A DNA stretch of 39,531 nucleotides from a virus (Duplodnaviria; Heunggongvirae; Uroviricota; Caudoviricetes), in IMG/VR virus record IMGVR_UViG_2548876950_000007, one strand, 5' to 3'. Shown here piece by piece: positions 22,785 through 31,433 of the stretch; within the stretch, counting starts at the first letter, position 1; each line of letters opens with the position of its first letter. The notes beneath the pieces are model-generated. The model saw only the letters and a program-made list of their open reading frames with translations, was not told the DNA's origin and ran no database searches. The position numbers and the translations under genes are program-made.

Positions 22785-23426
22785 TTAGAAATAATTATGC
22801 TTGCCTGTTAATACCCCTTTCGGCACTTTTTTTTGTTCCAGTGTCTGGGTACCCAGAATTATGTTAATAAGTGGACTTAGTAACGATGGTTCCTGGCGGG
22901 CTTCAACTTCTCCAGCCATTGCCCTGATGTAGTCGGCGCTGGCAACGTTGTTGTATTCCGTCGCAAAGCAACATAGTAACGTCAGAACATGCTCTGTCGT
23001 TATTTCGCTCCAGTTGATGTTGAAAAATTCATCGCCTTTTTTATCGTGTTCGGAATCGAAGATGCTTTGGTGGAGGATGTATTTGCCGGATTCCTTGCGC
23101 GGTAACTTGATCGCTTTCTGGCGTTCCAGCTCCTTGTAAATCTGCATTGCTTCAATCAGTACCGGCCTGCCGTTCATGAAGGGATCGCGCAACCTTACAC
23201 GCTGGCCAACTCGACCAGTAATAAAGCTGTTTTCCTCTTCCACCAGCACGATAAAACCCTTTTCCTCTTTTTCTCGCAATTCGCGCAGCAGCTGGAGTTC
23301 CATGTCGCGGCGGCGTTCAGGGTAGCTGGTCCGCTCAGCCATTATCAGCTCGTTGTTGATCCATGCAGCAGTCATTGACGCCGGTTTGCCGACGCTCATC
23401 GAAACAACGCATATTTTCTTATCCAT
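22785..23426 (-). CDS. hypothetical protein (about 213 aa from MDKKICVV); possibly the P1 mat homolog
   Basis: ATG at 23426 preceded by an AGGGG SD; position between ref and the res-mod slot. Confidence 0.45.
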   Translation of the reverse strand: MDKKICVVSMSVGKPASMTAAWINNELIMAERTSYPERRRDMELQLLRELREKEEKGFIVLVEEENSFITGRVGQRVRLRDPFMNGRPVLIEAMQIYKELERQKAIKLPRKESGKYILHQSIFDSEHDKKGDEFFNINWSEITTEHVLTLLCCFATEYNNVASADYIRAMAGEVEARQEPSLLSPLINIILGTQTLEQKKVPKGVLTGKHNYF

Positions 23427-23614
23427 AGCGCCCCTACAAAAAAGAAAAGCCACCAGCGGCGGCTTAGCAATACAACTGAAGGTAGCGCCCGGTACTCAGA
23501 CTGTGCCGTCCATGGAATATTTGAAAAGGGATCCATCCGTACCGGGCGTGTGATGATTCTGACTCAAGTCACTTGTCAGTTGTCAATCATTTAAGATTAA
23601 AAATAATATATTTA

Positions 23615-24175
23615 TTAGTGCATGATGTTTGCCATTTCATAGGCGTCAGCCAGCAACTCCATCTCTGACTTGTTCAACAAGGTGAATTCTTTCTTGCCTC
23701 CTACCACGCCATCGGCATGAACAGGGACCAGCCAGGGGTATTTTGCTCTTACTTCAGCCGGTGCTGCATGCTGGTGGTGCCATCTACAAAGTGGCAATTG
23801 CTTTTTATGACAACCCGGCGCGGTACGACCGGCGATATGGTGCAGAGACACCTCATTAGATATTACTCCATGCATATAGCAGGCAATGCAGGGGAGAGTG
23901 CCAAGAGCATTGGCGATGCGCCGTTCCTCCGCCGTTGGTGTTCTCCCCTTCAAGCCACGAGATTTTATTTTTACCGCGCTTTTCCGCGTTTTGCTGGCTG
24001 GTGGGCGCTCTTTCTGTTTAGCGATACGGCGGTCGATAGTATCCCGCATTTTCTGATATTGAGATTCTCGCCAGACCGGATCAGCCAACTTCTCCCGTTG
24101 CCGAGCGATCGCTCGTTCTCTGGCTGCCTTCTGCCACTTGCGGCACTGTTCAATTTTTTGTTCGATTGTTTTCAT
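23615..24175 (-). CDS. ref: Ref, HNH endonuclease (recombination enhancement function, 186 aa)
   Basis: HNH motif (CIACYMHG...HHIAGR...CRWHH); matches P1 Ref closely. Confidence 0.85.
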   Translation of the reverse strand: MKTIEQKIEQCRKWQKAARERAIARQREKLADPVWRESQYQKMRDTIDRRIAKQKERPPASKTRKSAVKIKSRGLKGRTPTAEERRIANALGTLPCIACYMHGVISNEVSLHHIAGRTAPGCHKKQLPLCRWHHQHAAPAEVRAKYPWLVPVHADGVVGGKKEFTLLNKSEMELLADAYEMANIMH

Positions 24176-24181
24176 ATGGTC

Positions 24182-24208
24182 AAAAAAAAGGCGGCCTAAT
24201 GGCCGCCT
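24182..24208 (-). terminator. hairpin plus U8 immediately upstream of the ref start codon
   Basis: aggcggcc-atta-ggccgcct followed by eight T on the minus strand, ending 3 nt before the ref ATG. Confidence 0.5.
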
Positions 24209-24274
24209 ATGATGTCAAGGAGTGAAGTAATGGCAACGTCTTCGTAGTTGACAAAAACTGCGACTCAATTATAG

Positions 24275-24291
24275 CAACCAATTAGAGCAAT
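24275..24291 (-). promoter_or_regulatory. C1 operator overlapping divergent promoters upstream of ref
   Basis: attagagcaat core (13/17 to consensus); flanked by a TATAAT on the minus strand (24268-24273) and TTGACA on the plus strand (24248-24253). Confidence 0.5.
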
Positions 24292-24423
24292 TAAAGTTGT
24301 TTATTTATCGCGAATCACATTTTTTCACTTCAGTACCTGTGTGCTATACTCCTTCTTGATTGATTGGATGCGGAATACAAACCCGCTCTTTTGTGCAGCC
24401 TGGCTCCTTGCCAGGCTTTTTTT

Positions 24424-24735
24424 TTATTTCATCATGGAAGCTGTTAACGCTTTGGACCTTGCTGAATTGATTGAGAGGGCTTTGTCAACATGCCCCAAAA
24501 ATTCGCCAAACTCAGACATCACTTTAGCAAAACCGCGCCGTGCTTCTTCCTCGGTGGCATTCATCACGAAATGTTCAGCACCACGCATACTTTTGACAGG
24601 GAACGCAACGGATATTGAATCAATATCAGGCATTCTATCGCTCAGCTTTACAGTGACAATGACGGCTGGCGACTGAATATTAGTGCTTACAGACAGCACT
24701 ACATATTTTCCGTCGATGTTGAAATCCTTTCTCAT
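24424..24735 (-). CDS. hypothetical protein (103 aa) downstream of cre; possibly cra-like
   Basis: ORF with a GGTGA SD; C1 operator at 24752-24768 immediately upstream. Confidence 0.45.
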   Translation of the reverse strand: MRKDFNIDGKYVVLSVSTNIQSPAVIVTVKLSDRMPDIDSISVAFPVKSMRGAEHFVMNATEEEARRGFAKVMSEFGEFLGHVDKALSINSARSKALTASMMK

Positions 24736-24751
24736 ATGTCACCATAAATAT

Positions 24752-24768
24752 CAAAGAATTAGAGCAAT
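24752..24768 (-). promoter_or_regulatory. C1 operator between cre and the 103-aa ORF
   Basis: caaagaattagagcaat, 13/17 to consensus. Confidence 0.45.
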
Positions 24769-24785
24769 CATTTACGCGTTAATGG

Positions 24786-25817
24786 CTAATCGCCATCTTC
24801 CAGCAGGCGCACCATTGCCCCTGTTTCACTATCCAGGTTACGGATATAGTTCATGACAATATTTACGTTGGTCCAGCCACCAGCTTGCATGATCTCCGGT
24901 ATTGAAACTCCGGCACGGGCCATATCTCGCGCGGCTCCGACACGGGCACTGTGTCCAGACCAGGCCAGGTACCTCTGGCCAGAGTCATCCTTAGCCCCGT
25001 AAATCAATCGGTGAGTTGCTTCAAAAATCCCTTCCAGGGCGCGAGTTGATAGCTGGCTGGTGGGTGATGGCGAGGCAACACCATTTTTTCTGACCCGGCA
25101 AAACAAGTAGTTATTCGGATCATCAGCCACACCAGAGACAGAAATCCATCGCTCGACCAGTTTAGTTACCCCTAGGCTAAGTGCCTTCTCTACACCTGCG
25201 GTGCTAACCAGCGTTTTCGTTCTGCCAATATGGATTAACATTCTCCCACCGTCAGTACGTGAGATATCTTTAACCCTGATCCTGGCAATTTCGACTATAC
25301 GTAACAGGGTGTTATAAGCAATCCCCAGAAATGCCAGATTACGTATATCCTGGCAGCGATCGCTATTTTCCATGAGTGAACGAACCTGGTCGAAATCAGT
25401 GCGTTCGAACGCTAGTGCCTGTTTTGCACGTTCACCGGCATCAACGTTTTCTTTTCGGATCCGCCGCATAACCAGTGAAACAGCATTGCTGTCACTTGGT
25501 CGCGGCAGCCCGGACCGACGATGAAGCATGTTTAGCTGGCCCAAATGTTGCTGGATAGTTTTTACTGCCAGACCGCGCGCCTGAAGATATAGAAGATAAT
25601 CGCGAACATCTTCAGGTTCTGCCGGAAACCATTTCCGGTTATTCAACTTGCACCATGCCGCCCATGACCGGCAAACGGACAGAAGCATTTTCCAGGTATG
25701 CTCAGAAAACGCCTGGCGATCCCTGAACATATCCATCAGGTTCTTGCGAACCTCATCACTCGTTGCATCGACCGGCAATGCAGGCAAATTTTGGTGAACG
25801 GTTAACGAATTAGTCAT
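24786..25817 (-). CDS. cre: Cre tyrosine recombinase (343 aa)
   Basis: Near-identical to P1 Cre along its length; differences at residues 2-4 and a few internal positions. Confidence 0.97.
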   Translation of the reverse strand: MTNSLTVHQNLPALPVDATSDEVRKNLMDMFRDRQAFSEHTWKMLLSVCRSWAAWCKLNNRKWFPAEPEDVRDYLLYLQARGLAVKTIQQHLGQLNMLHRRSGLPRPSDSNAVSLVMRRIRKENVDAGERAKQALAFERTDFDQVRSLMENSDRCQDIRNLAFLGIAYNTLLRIVEIARIRVKDISRTDGGRMLIHIGRTKTLVSTAGVEKALSLGVTKLVERWISVSGVADDPNNYLFCRVRKNGVASPSPTSQLSTRALEGIFEATHRLIYGAKDDSGQRYLAWSGHSARVGAARDMARAGVSIPEIMQAGGWTNVNIVMNYIRNLDSETGAMVRLLEDGD

Positions 25818-26209
25818 TTATTATGCGTAATTTTAACAGTTAAGCCTTGTTCATGAAGTATCTCATCAATAATTCGAATCACATCCCCTGGTAGATCATC
25901 GTTCTCGAAATATCTGTGATCGGGGATTTCTACAGTGATTGGGGTTGCTGCTTTATGCAAAATCCGAACAATCTTTTTTTCTTTTTTGCATGTTGCATAT
26001 TCAGCCTCTTCGATATCTATCCAGCTCGCACCATCAAATTGCTGGTAAACCCGAGTGTATAGTAAGCGGTTTCGCTTTACTTCTTCTGCTAACTCCCAAA
26101 TTGCAACAGCCATAGCACGTTCATTTTCATTCGTTCCAGGGTTAGCAGCTTTTTGTTTTGCGTCGTTCAGTAAGGCGTTTACCTTGGCATCTGTCAGGCC
26201 ATTAAACAT
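25814..26209 (-). CDS. hypothetical protein (131 aa), translationally coupled to cre
   Basis: Stop TGA overlaps the cre ATG (ATGA); own SD GAGGTGATGA. Confidence 0.5.
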   Translation of the reverse strand: MFNGLTDAKVNALLNDAKQKAANPGTNENERAMAVAIWELAEEVKRNRLLYTRVYQQFDGASWIDIEEAEYATCKKEKKIVRILHKAATPITVEIPDHRYFENDDLPGDVIRIIDEILHEQGLTVKITHNK

Positions 26210-26228
26210 TCATCACCTCATAATCAAG

Positions 26229-26450
26229 TTAAATTATTGTTTTCAGCAGAGTGTACAGGATCGGCTCTGCCTTTACCTGGTTATGGTTCTCGTCATAGAA
26301 ACGCCAGCGACCGCGCGTGCGTTCTATTTTCTCTTCACCGCGAGATAATGACAGTTGGTAACTATCACGCTCAAAGCCTTTTACCCGCCAGTAACCACGG
26401 TTTTTCTCAAGCTCAAGATGAGTGGACACTTTAGCAGCTGAATATCCCAT
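26229..26450 (-). CDS. hypothetical basic protein (73 aa), first gene of the cre operon
   Basis: ATG with SD GAGGTGAAAA; 19 nt upstream of the 131-aa gene. Confidence 0.45.
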   Translation of the reverse strand: MGYSAAKVSTHLELEKNRGYWRVKGFERDSYQLSLSRGEEKIERTRGRWRFYDENHNQVKAEPILYTLLKTII

Positions 26451-26482
26451 TTTTCACCTCTGATTGATTGGTGGTGCTAAGT

Positions 26483-26541
26483 GCGCTACGCGAAATCTGT
26501 AGGACTAACACCGCCAACTTTTCACAGATTTTACGTAGCGC
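26483..26541. repeat. imperfect 18-bp inverted repeat with a 24-bp spacer upstream of the cre operon
   Basis: gcgctacgcgaaatctgt (26483-26500) pairs with acagattttacgtagcgc (26525-26541), 16/18. Confidence 0.5.
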
Positions 26542-26547
26542 AACCTT

Positions 26548-26567
26548 GATCAAATGATCAAGTGATC
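26548..26567. promoter_or_regulatory. cluster of three GATC (Dam) sites in the cre-proximal regulatory region
   Basis: GATC at 26548, 26556 and 26564 plus one at 26617; P1 cre promoters are reported to be Dam-sensitive (from memory). Confidence 0.4.
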
Positions 26568-26639
26568 ACTATTTGACCTGATAAGGTATTGAACTGTATG
26601 GATTTACAGGTAAATTGATCATGTTCAATAACCCTTAAG

Positions 26640-26673
26640 ATAACTTCGTATAATGTATGCTATACGAAGTTAT
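26640..26673. other. loxP: loxP site (34 bp)
   Basis: Exact match ATAACTTCGTATA-ATGTATGC-TATACGAAGTTAT. Confidence 0.98.
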
Positions 26674-26716
26674 CAGGTCCGAAGAGGAGTTTACGTCCAG
26701 CTGTGCACAAAAATCA

Positions 26717-26733
26717 ATAATTATTAGAGCAAT
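26717..26733 (-). promoter_or_regulatory. C1 operator (immC region)
   Basis: ataattattagagcaat, 15/17 to consensus. Confidence 0.6.
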
Positions 26734-26793
26734 AAATTTAGAGAGAAAAATCCCACTCCACCAGCTAAAAACTGGATTGTTTTTCATAGTTGT

Positions 26794-26820
26794 TTGACAA
26801 TTGCTCTAATAAATTATAGT
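26794..26820 (+). promoter_or_regulatory. promoter with overlapping C1 operator driving the coi/c1 region
   Basis: TTGACA (26794-26799) immediately followed by ATTGCTCTAATAAATTA (26800-26816), 16/17 to consensus. Confidence 0.6.
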
Positions 26821-27054
26821 TTTGCCGTCGTTACGTAATACGACTTTGGATTCACTATTTAATGTGTCTTCAGCGTTGTAGAGCGGCTCAGAAGGAAATG
26901 AGCAAACAGGGAAACCTTATACAACGGCATTACAGCTATGCATTGCTCATCTTACACACAGCGCAATGTTGTTAGATTACCCCAGCATGGATCATGGGTG
27001 AAACAGTAGGTCAGAGCTTCAGGCTCTGTGTTGTCAATACAGTGAGGCATAATT

Positions 27055-27264
27055 ATGGCTTTCATTCAACCAACCATCGACGACGTTAGACATTGCTCTA
27101 ACGCTTTATCTGTAGACCCTGCCGAAACCGACGCTGCCCGCGCCATTGCTGAACACTACTCAAAGATATCCAATCAGGAGTACCGCATCACCCAAGACGA
27201 CCTGGATGACCTCACTGACACAATCGAATATCTCATGGCAACTAACCAGTTAGACTCACAATAA
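27055..27264 (+). CDS. coi: Coi, C1 inactivator (69 aa)
   Basis: 69-aa ORF directly upstream of c1; matches P1 Coi. Confidence 0.85.
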   Translation: MAFIQPTIDDVRHCSNALSVDPAETDAARAIAEHYSKISNQEYRITQDDLDDLTDTIEYLMATNQLDSQ

Positions 27265-27280
27265 ATGCACTAATAAATCT
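27264..27280 (+). promoter_or_regulatory. C1 operator-like site in front of c1 (autoregulation)
   Basis: aatgcactaataaatct, 14/17; TATAAT at 27301-27306. Confidence 0.45.
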
Positions 27281-27374
27281 ATTATTTTTGTTTGATCCCT
27301 CTATAATATAGGTCAGTAATGACCGGTTTTCTCAGCCGGGCGTTATTGACCATGTCAATTCTGGAGGAGGATCA

Positions 27375-28226
27375 ATGATAAATTATGTCTACGGCGAACA
27401 ACTGTACCAGGAGTTCGTCAGCTTCAGGGATCTCTTTCTAAAAAAAGCTGTTGCACGCGCCCAACACGTTGATACAGCCAGCGACGGTCGTCCTGTACGC
27501 CCGGTTGTCGTTCTACCGTTCAAAGAAACTGACAGCATTCAGGCTGAAATTGATAAATGGACTTTAATGGCGCGGGAACTGGAACAGTACCCAGACCTCA
27601 ATATCCCAAAGACTATTTTATATCCAGTGCCTAACATCCTTCGCGGTGTGCGTAAGGTTACAACTTATCAGACAGAGGCTGTGAACAGCGTCAACATGAC
27701 CGCTGGCCGCATTATTCATCTGATTGATAAGGACATTCGCATCCAAAAAAGCGCGGGGATCAATGAGCACAGTGCGAAATACATAGAGAACCTGGAAGCA
27801 ACAAAAGAGCTAATGAAGCAGTACCCGGAGGATGAAAAATTCCGTATGCGCGTACACGGCTTTAGCGAAACAATGCTGCGCGTCCACTACATTTCCAGTA
27901 GCCCTAACTACAATGATGGTAAATCAGTTAGTTACCATGTGCCACTGTGTGGCGTGTTTATCTGCGATGAAACTCTCCGTGATGGAATTATCATCAACGG
28001 TGAATTCGAAAAAGCAAAATTTAGCCTTTATGACTCTATAGATCCGATCATCTGCGACCGCTGGCCGCAGGCAAAAATATATCGCCTGGCAGATATTGAA
28101 AATGTAAAAAAACAAATTGCCATCACTCGCGAAGAGAAAAAGGTCAAATCAGCCGCATCAGTTACGCGCAGCCGTAAAACCAAGAAGGGGCAGCCAGTAA
28201 ACGACAACCCCGAAAGCGCGCAATAA
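27375..28226 (+). CDS. c1: C1 repressor of lysis (283 aa)
   Basis: Matches P1 C1 in length and sequence; GGAGGAGG SD. Confidence 0.95.
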   Translation: MINYVYGEQLYQEFVSFRDLFLKKAVARAQHVDTASDGRPVRPVVVLPFKETDSIQAEIDKWTLMARELEQYPDLNIPKTILYPVPNILRGVRKVTTYQTEAVNSVNMTAGRIIHLIDKDIRIQKSAGINEHSAKYIENLEATKELMKQYPEDEKFRMRVHGFSETMLRVHYISSSPNYNDGKSVSYHVPLCGVFICDETLRDGIIINGEFEKAKFSLYDSIDPIICDRWPQAKIYRLADIENVKKQIAITREEKKVKSAASVTRSRKTKKGQPVNDNPESAQ

Positions 28227-28231
28227 ATTAT

Positions 28232-28249
28232 GCCCGGCATCAACCGGGC
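28232..28249. terminator. bidirectional hairpin between convergent c1 and ant
   Basis: gcccgg-catcaa-ccgggc. Confidence 0.5.
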
Positions 28250-28258
28250 ATTCTTCCA

Positions 28259-29371
28259 TTATTCAGCCGCCACCGGTTTTAACAAGCCAGCATCGAGCAG
28301 TTTACGCGTCAACCACTGCTGGCCTTTACCCGTTAATTGAGGCGTCAACCGTATCTGGTAGCCATCTTCATCATCCAGCACCACTTCTTTCACCGTGAAA
28401 TACCCCGCGTTGATGTACTGCTGGAACGGCACATTTTTACGTCCACCGGACGCTATCAGGATGCCGTTCTCCCGTAACCAGACAAACAGCGCGTTTTGCT
28501 TAAGTCCAACAACCTTTGCAAAATTCCCAATCAGGATCCCTTTAGCTACTGATACCCGGTCGGCAAAATCGACTTTAGGAGCGGCGGCCACCAGCTGCTG
28601 ATTTAGCTGGTGGGCTTTCTGTTCCAGAAGCTGCTTTTGTTCAGCCAGTTCGGCAGCCAGGCGCAGAGCTTCTGGAAGCGTCTGGGGGATTGCAACCGGT
28701 TGCTGTTCTTTTTGCCGGAAGTAGCTGTCTTCCAGTTTTTCAAAGAATGCCCATGCTTCATTTGTGTCCACGATCTTAGACATGCGTGCAGCGCCGCGCT
28801 CTGTCCAGAGTGTAAGGCTTCTGGCGTTCTTACCAACAGAGTAACTTCCGGTTACTCTGTTCTTAAATTCTCTTAATTTTAAACCAGTTAGAAGAAAGTA
28901 ATGCTTACCTTCTTCAAAGCGGTCAAGGTTGCGAGACAAATTGTTGCGAATATTGGCTTCATCGACCCCATACCCTCTAGCAAGAGTTTCGGTTGTCACG
29001 ACACGTACTCCCTGCCATTCCAGAACGGGAATTTCATCCGGCTGATTCTGAACAACCACCAGTTCCGATTCCTGAACTGAAGGTGCATAAATTTTTTCTG
29101 ATTTAACGTTAGTTGCTTTCATTCTGTGTGCCTCCTTGCGTGCTTCGGCTGCGACGGTTGCGTAATTCAGATGACCCTGTTCGAGCAGGTATTCACGGAT
29201 ATCGGTTAGCAGAATGCGGTGAACCGCGTGTTTGTCCTTTCTCCGGTAAAGTTGTTTGGTGATCATGAAGTAGTTGGCAATAACGCCCGGTATATCCCTG
29301 GTATTGATACAGGCAGTGTGCTGTTCAATTGCCTCGATCATCTCTTCACGGGTGACTAATGACGTTCTCAT
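28259..29371 (-). CDS. ant: antirepressor Ant1 (370 aa) with an internal in-frame Ant2 start at Met84
   Basis: Bro-N/ORF6N-like N-terminal domain and KilA-C-like C-terminal domain; internal ATG (Met84) preceded by AAGGAGG; sizes fit the P1 Ant1/Ant2 pair of about 42 and 32 kDa. Confidence 0.7.
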   Translation of the reverse strand: MRTSLVTREEMIEAIEQHTACINTRDIPGVIANYFMITKQLYRRKDKHAVHRILLTDIREYLLEQGHLNYATVAAEARKEAHRMKATNVKSEKIYAPSVQESELVVVQNQPDEIPVLEWQGVRVVTTETLARGYGVDEANIRNNLSRNLDRFEEGKHYFLLTGLKLREFKNRVTGSYSVGKNARSLTLWTERGAARMSKIVDTNEAWAFFEKLEDSYFRQKEQQPVAIPQTLPEALRLAAELAEQKQLLEQKAHQLNQQLVAAAPKVDFADRVSVAKGILIGNFAKVVGLKQNALFVWLRENGILIASGGRKNVPFQQYINAGYFTVKEVVLDDEDGYQIRLTPQLTGKGQQWLTRKLLDAGLLKPVAAE

Positions 29372-29589
29372 AGTCCCTCCTGAGCAGAAGCGTTAACAGG
29401 GAGGCACCAGTAACTGAGAGAATTGCGCGAATCGGTAGAAAAGCGGGCAGAGAAAATACAGGGAGCATCCGGAAGCTGAGAACGTGCCTCATCTTCTGTC
29501 GGTGCAATAACAAAGTGATAGTGACGTTTTTGGCAGGAGTAAAAGCGCCAGATAAATTCAGGATGAGCAGGGGTAGGGATAGTAGCCAC
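29368..29589 (-). CDS. icd: Icd-like small protein (73 aa), GTG start, translationally coupled to ant
   Basis: AGGAGG SD (29598-29603); stop TGA overlaps the ant ATG (ATGA). Confidence 0.5.
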   Translation of the reverse strand: MATIPTPAHPEFIWRFYSCQKRHYHFVIAPTEDEARSQLPDAPCIFSARFSTDSRNSLSYWCLPVNASAQEGL

Positions 29590-29639
29590 AATGGCAGCCT
29601 CCTTTTGCTAATTTAAGGAGCTACCGCGTGAGGTCTCAA

Positions 29640-29700
29640 TCTCAATGGCGGTAGCACTGACTGGGTTGAGACTACCGGCGCAAAAGGGAACCGGCCTGCC
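29640..29700 (-). ncRNA. c4: candidate c4-type antisense RNA carrying elements complementary to the icd leader
   Basis: Minus-strand gtctcaa (29666-29672) and gctaccgc (29648-29655) are complementary to ttgagac (29633-29639) and gcggtagc (29620-29627) just upstream of the icd SD. Confidence 0.35.
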
Positions 29701-29773
29701 TTTCGGCAGCCCAGCCAGCACTACCATTGATCTCTGAGCTAAACGCTACGTATGGCTGTGCGATGGCATGACA

Positions 29774-29797
29774 CAAAAAAAGACGCTTTTGGCGTCT
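29774..29797 (-). terminator. strong intrinsic terminator downstream of pacB
   Basis: agacgcc-aaa-ggcgtct followed by T7 on the minus strand. Confidence 0.7.
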
Positions 29798-29928
29798 GTG
29801 TCGCCTTTTGCATTATCCGGGGTCTCAATCCCGGCACCCGTTTTACTGAGGTGCCTGATAAGCATAAACCGAAAATGCCTCAAGGCGCAAGAGGTCAGGT
29901 TCAATGTAACATCGGTAGCTAAAAAACA

Positions 29929-29945
29929 CAATTTATTAGAGCAAA
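29929..29945 (-). promoter_or_regulatory. C1 operator abutting the pacB stop codon, heading the antirepressor module
   Basis: caatttattagagcaaa, 15/17 to consensus. Confidence 0.55.
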
Positions 29946-29948
29946 TAT

Positions 29949-31433
29949 TCATTCATTAAGCCATGCCAGAGCTTCATCAACCTGCGCTTCGTCTTCGACG
30001 CTAAGCACTTCATCCTGGGGAACATAATCCGCCAGCATAGCGAAACAATATGTATCCCAATGGTCTGGTGAGTGCAGGTTGAGTTTTTTCTTCATATCCT
30101 CCTTACTCATCACCTTCCATTGACCTGCGGAGTTAATCCCTACAGGGATTTTCGACGCTTCCTCAATAGTTTCATTACCCTTATCCAGTCTCATACGACC
30201 AGATTTTACGGCCTCTGCGGCTTGAACGTTGGCATAAGCACGTTTATCAAAGTACAGGCTCTTATCTTCACGGCTATGCATCTTTTTACCCCAGCGTATA
30301 CGCTGTACGGTAATACCATAATACTCGTACATCAGATCCGCTGTTGCTTTACCCAGGCCATCGCCATCTATCGCTATGGTGATATTGGGGAATCGCTCAG
30401 GATTACATTCTGCGAAAATTTTGGCGGCAAGCTGCGTTTCTGTAACGTCTGTGTATTCCAGCATTCGATAGTTGATTACACGGCGTTTATTTCGCTGGCC
30501 GGACACCATCATGATATTGATAACGGACTTATCCCGTCCCGTACCACCAGCAACGTCCACACATGCAAGCCAGCCCCATCCTTTTGCAATCTTGACTTTC
30601 CGCCGCGTTGCACGTTCAACCTCATCACGTCCAAGAAGGAAGCCATCCTGTGATTTAGGGAATAGGCCGCGTACCTTAATCATGTACATAGGGTTATCAC
30701 GCCCGCCGTACTCCGCCAGCTTCATTTTGATAAATGCTGGCGTTACCAACGGCGATTCCTCACTGTTAAGCGTGATCGCCGTATAAACGCCATCAGGGTT
30801 ACCAGGACGCTTGGCCAGTTTATGGTGTGTATCGTAGAAATAGCCGCTTGGGCGTGTAGGCTGTGACAGCAATAAGATGCGGTTATCCTGTCCGGTAAGA
30901 GCACCGGTGATGATACCGAAAGCTCTATCACTGACACCGGAGGCTTCATCGATAATATACAGAAGATGATCTGCGTGTTCACCGGCGAGAGCTTCTTCAC
31001 TTCCCAGACGAAAGCCCTTCGGTACTACAGTCCATACACCTTTACCAGTAACCTCATAGAAAGCGGTTTCTGTCAGAACAAAATAATCAGCAAGCCATGG
31101 AAAACGGCTGGTGGCAGTAGCCCAGTTTATCTTGATGTACTTGAATATACCGGTCATTACCTGCTGAATTTTGTTCGCAACGATAATGGCGCGGGCACCG
31201 GGATACATGATTATGAACAACATGATCATGATAGAAGTCATGTCTGATTTCCCGGTACCGTGACCAGACGAAACAGATGTCTTGCTACCCTGTTCCTGCA
31301 CAGACTCAATAATCAGATCCTGCTGCCAGGTAGGTGTTTTGCCGAACAAAACATCAGCGGCAGCAATCCAGTCATAACGATATAGCGCCACCAGCTCGCG
31401 CCAACGTGGATCCGTTACGCAACTTCTGGCCAT
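29949..31433 (-). CDS. pacB: PacB, terminase large subunit (494 aa)
   Basis: Matches P1 PacB in size and sequence; ATGA overlap with pacA. Confidence 0.9.
   Translation of the reverse strand: MARSCVTDPRWRELVALYRYDWIAAADVLFGKTPTWQQDLIIESVQEQGSKTSVSSGHGTGKSDMTSIMIMLFIIMYPGARAIIVANKIQQVMTGIFKYIKINWATATSRFPWLADYFVLTETAFYEVTGKGVWTVVPKGFRLGSEEALAGEHADHLLYIIDEASGVSDRAFGIITGALTGQDNRILLLSQPTRPSGYFYDTHHKLAKRPGNPDGVYTAITLNSEESPLVTPAFIKMKLAEYGGRDNPMYMIKVRGLFPKSQDGFLLGRDEVERATRRKVKIAKGWGWLACVDVAGGTGRDKSVINIMMVSGQRNKRRVINYRMLEYTDVTETQLAAKIFAECNPERFPNITIAIDGDGLGKATADLMYEYYGITVQRIRWGKKMHSREDKSLYFDKRAYANVQAAEAVKSGRMRLDKGNETIEEASKIPVGINSAGQWKVMSKEDMKKKLNLHSPDHWDTYCFAMLADYVPQDEVLSVEDEAQVDEALAWLNE

Noticed and set aside
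14384-23580. Repeated 10-mer agtcacttgt upstream of darB (14386) and near ref (23567), with a related copy near lyz
   Set aside because: An exact 10-mer repeat is expected by chance many times in 39.5 kb, and the positions relative to start codons are inconsistent with a promoter element.
24341-24676. 111-aa plus-strand ORF between ref and the cre operon
   Set aside because: It runs straight through a strong intrinsic terminator and is antisense to the 103-aa gene; more likely non-coding.
29346-29591. 81-aa minus-strand ORF overlapping the icd-like ORF in another frame
   Set aside because: It has a TTG start and no SD; the 73-aa frame has an AGGAGG SD and a stop/start overlap with ant.
29640-29760. 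tRNA-like appearance of the leader region (gcgtttagctcagag...)
   Set aside because: No complete cloverleaf with acceptor stem and anticodon arm could be built; it is better explained as the c4-type antisense RNA.
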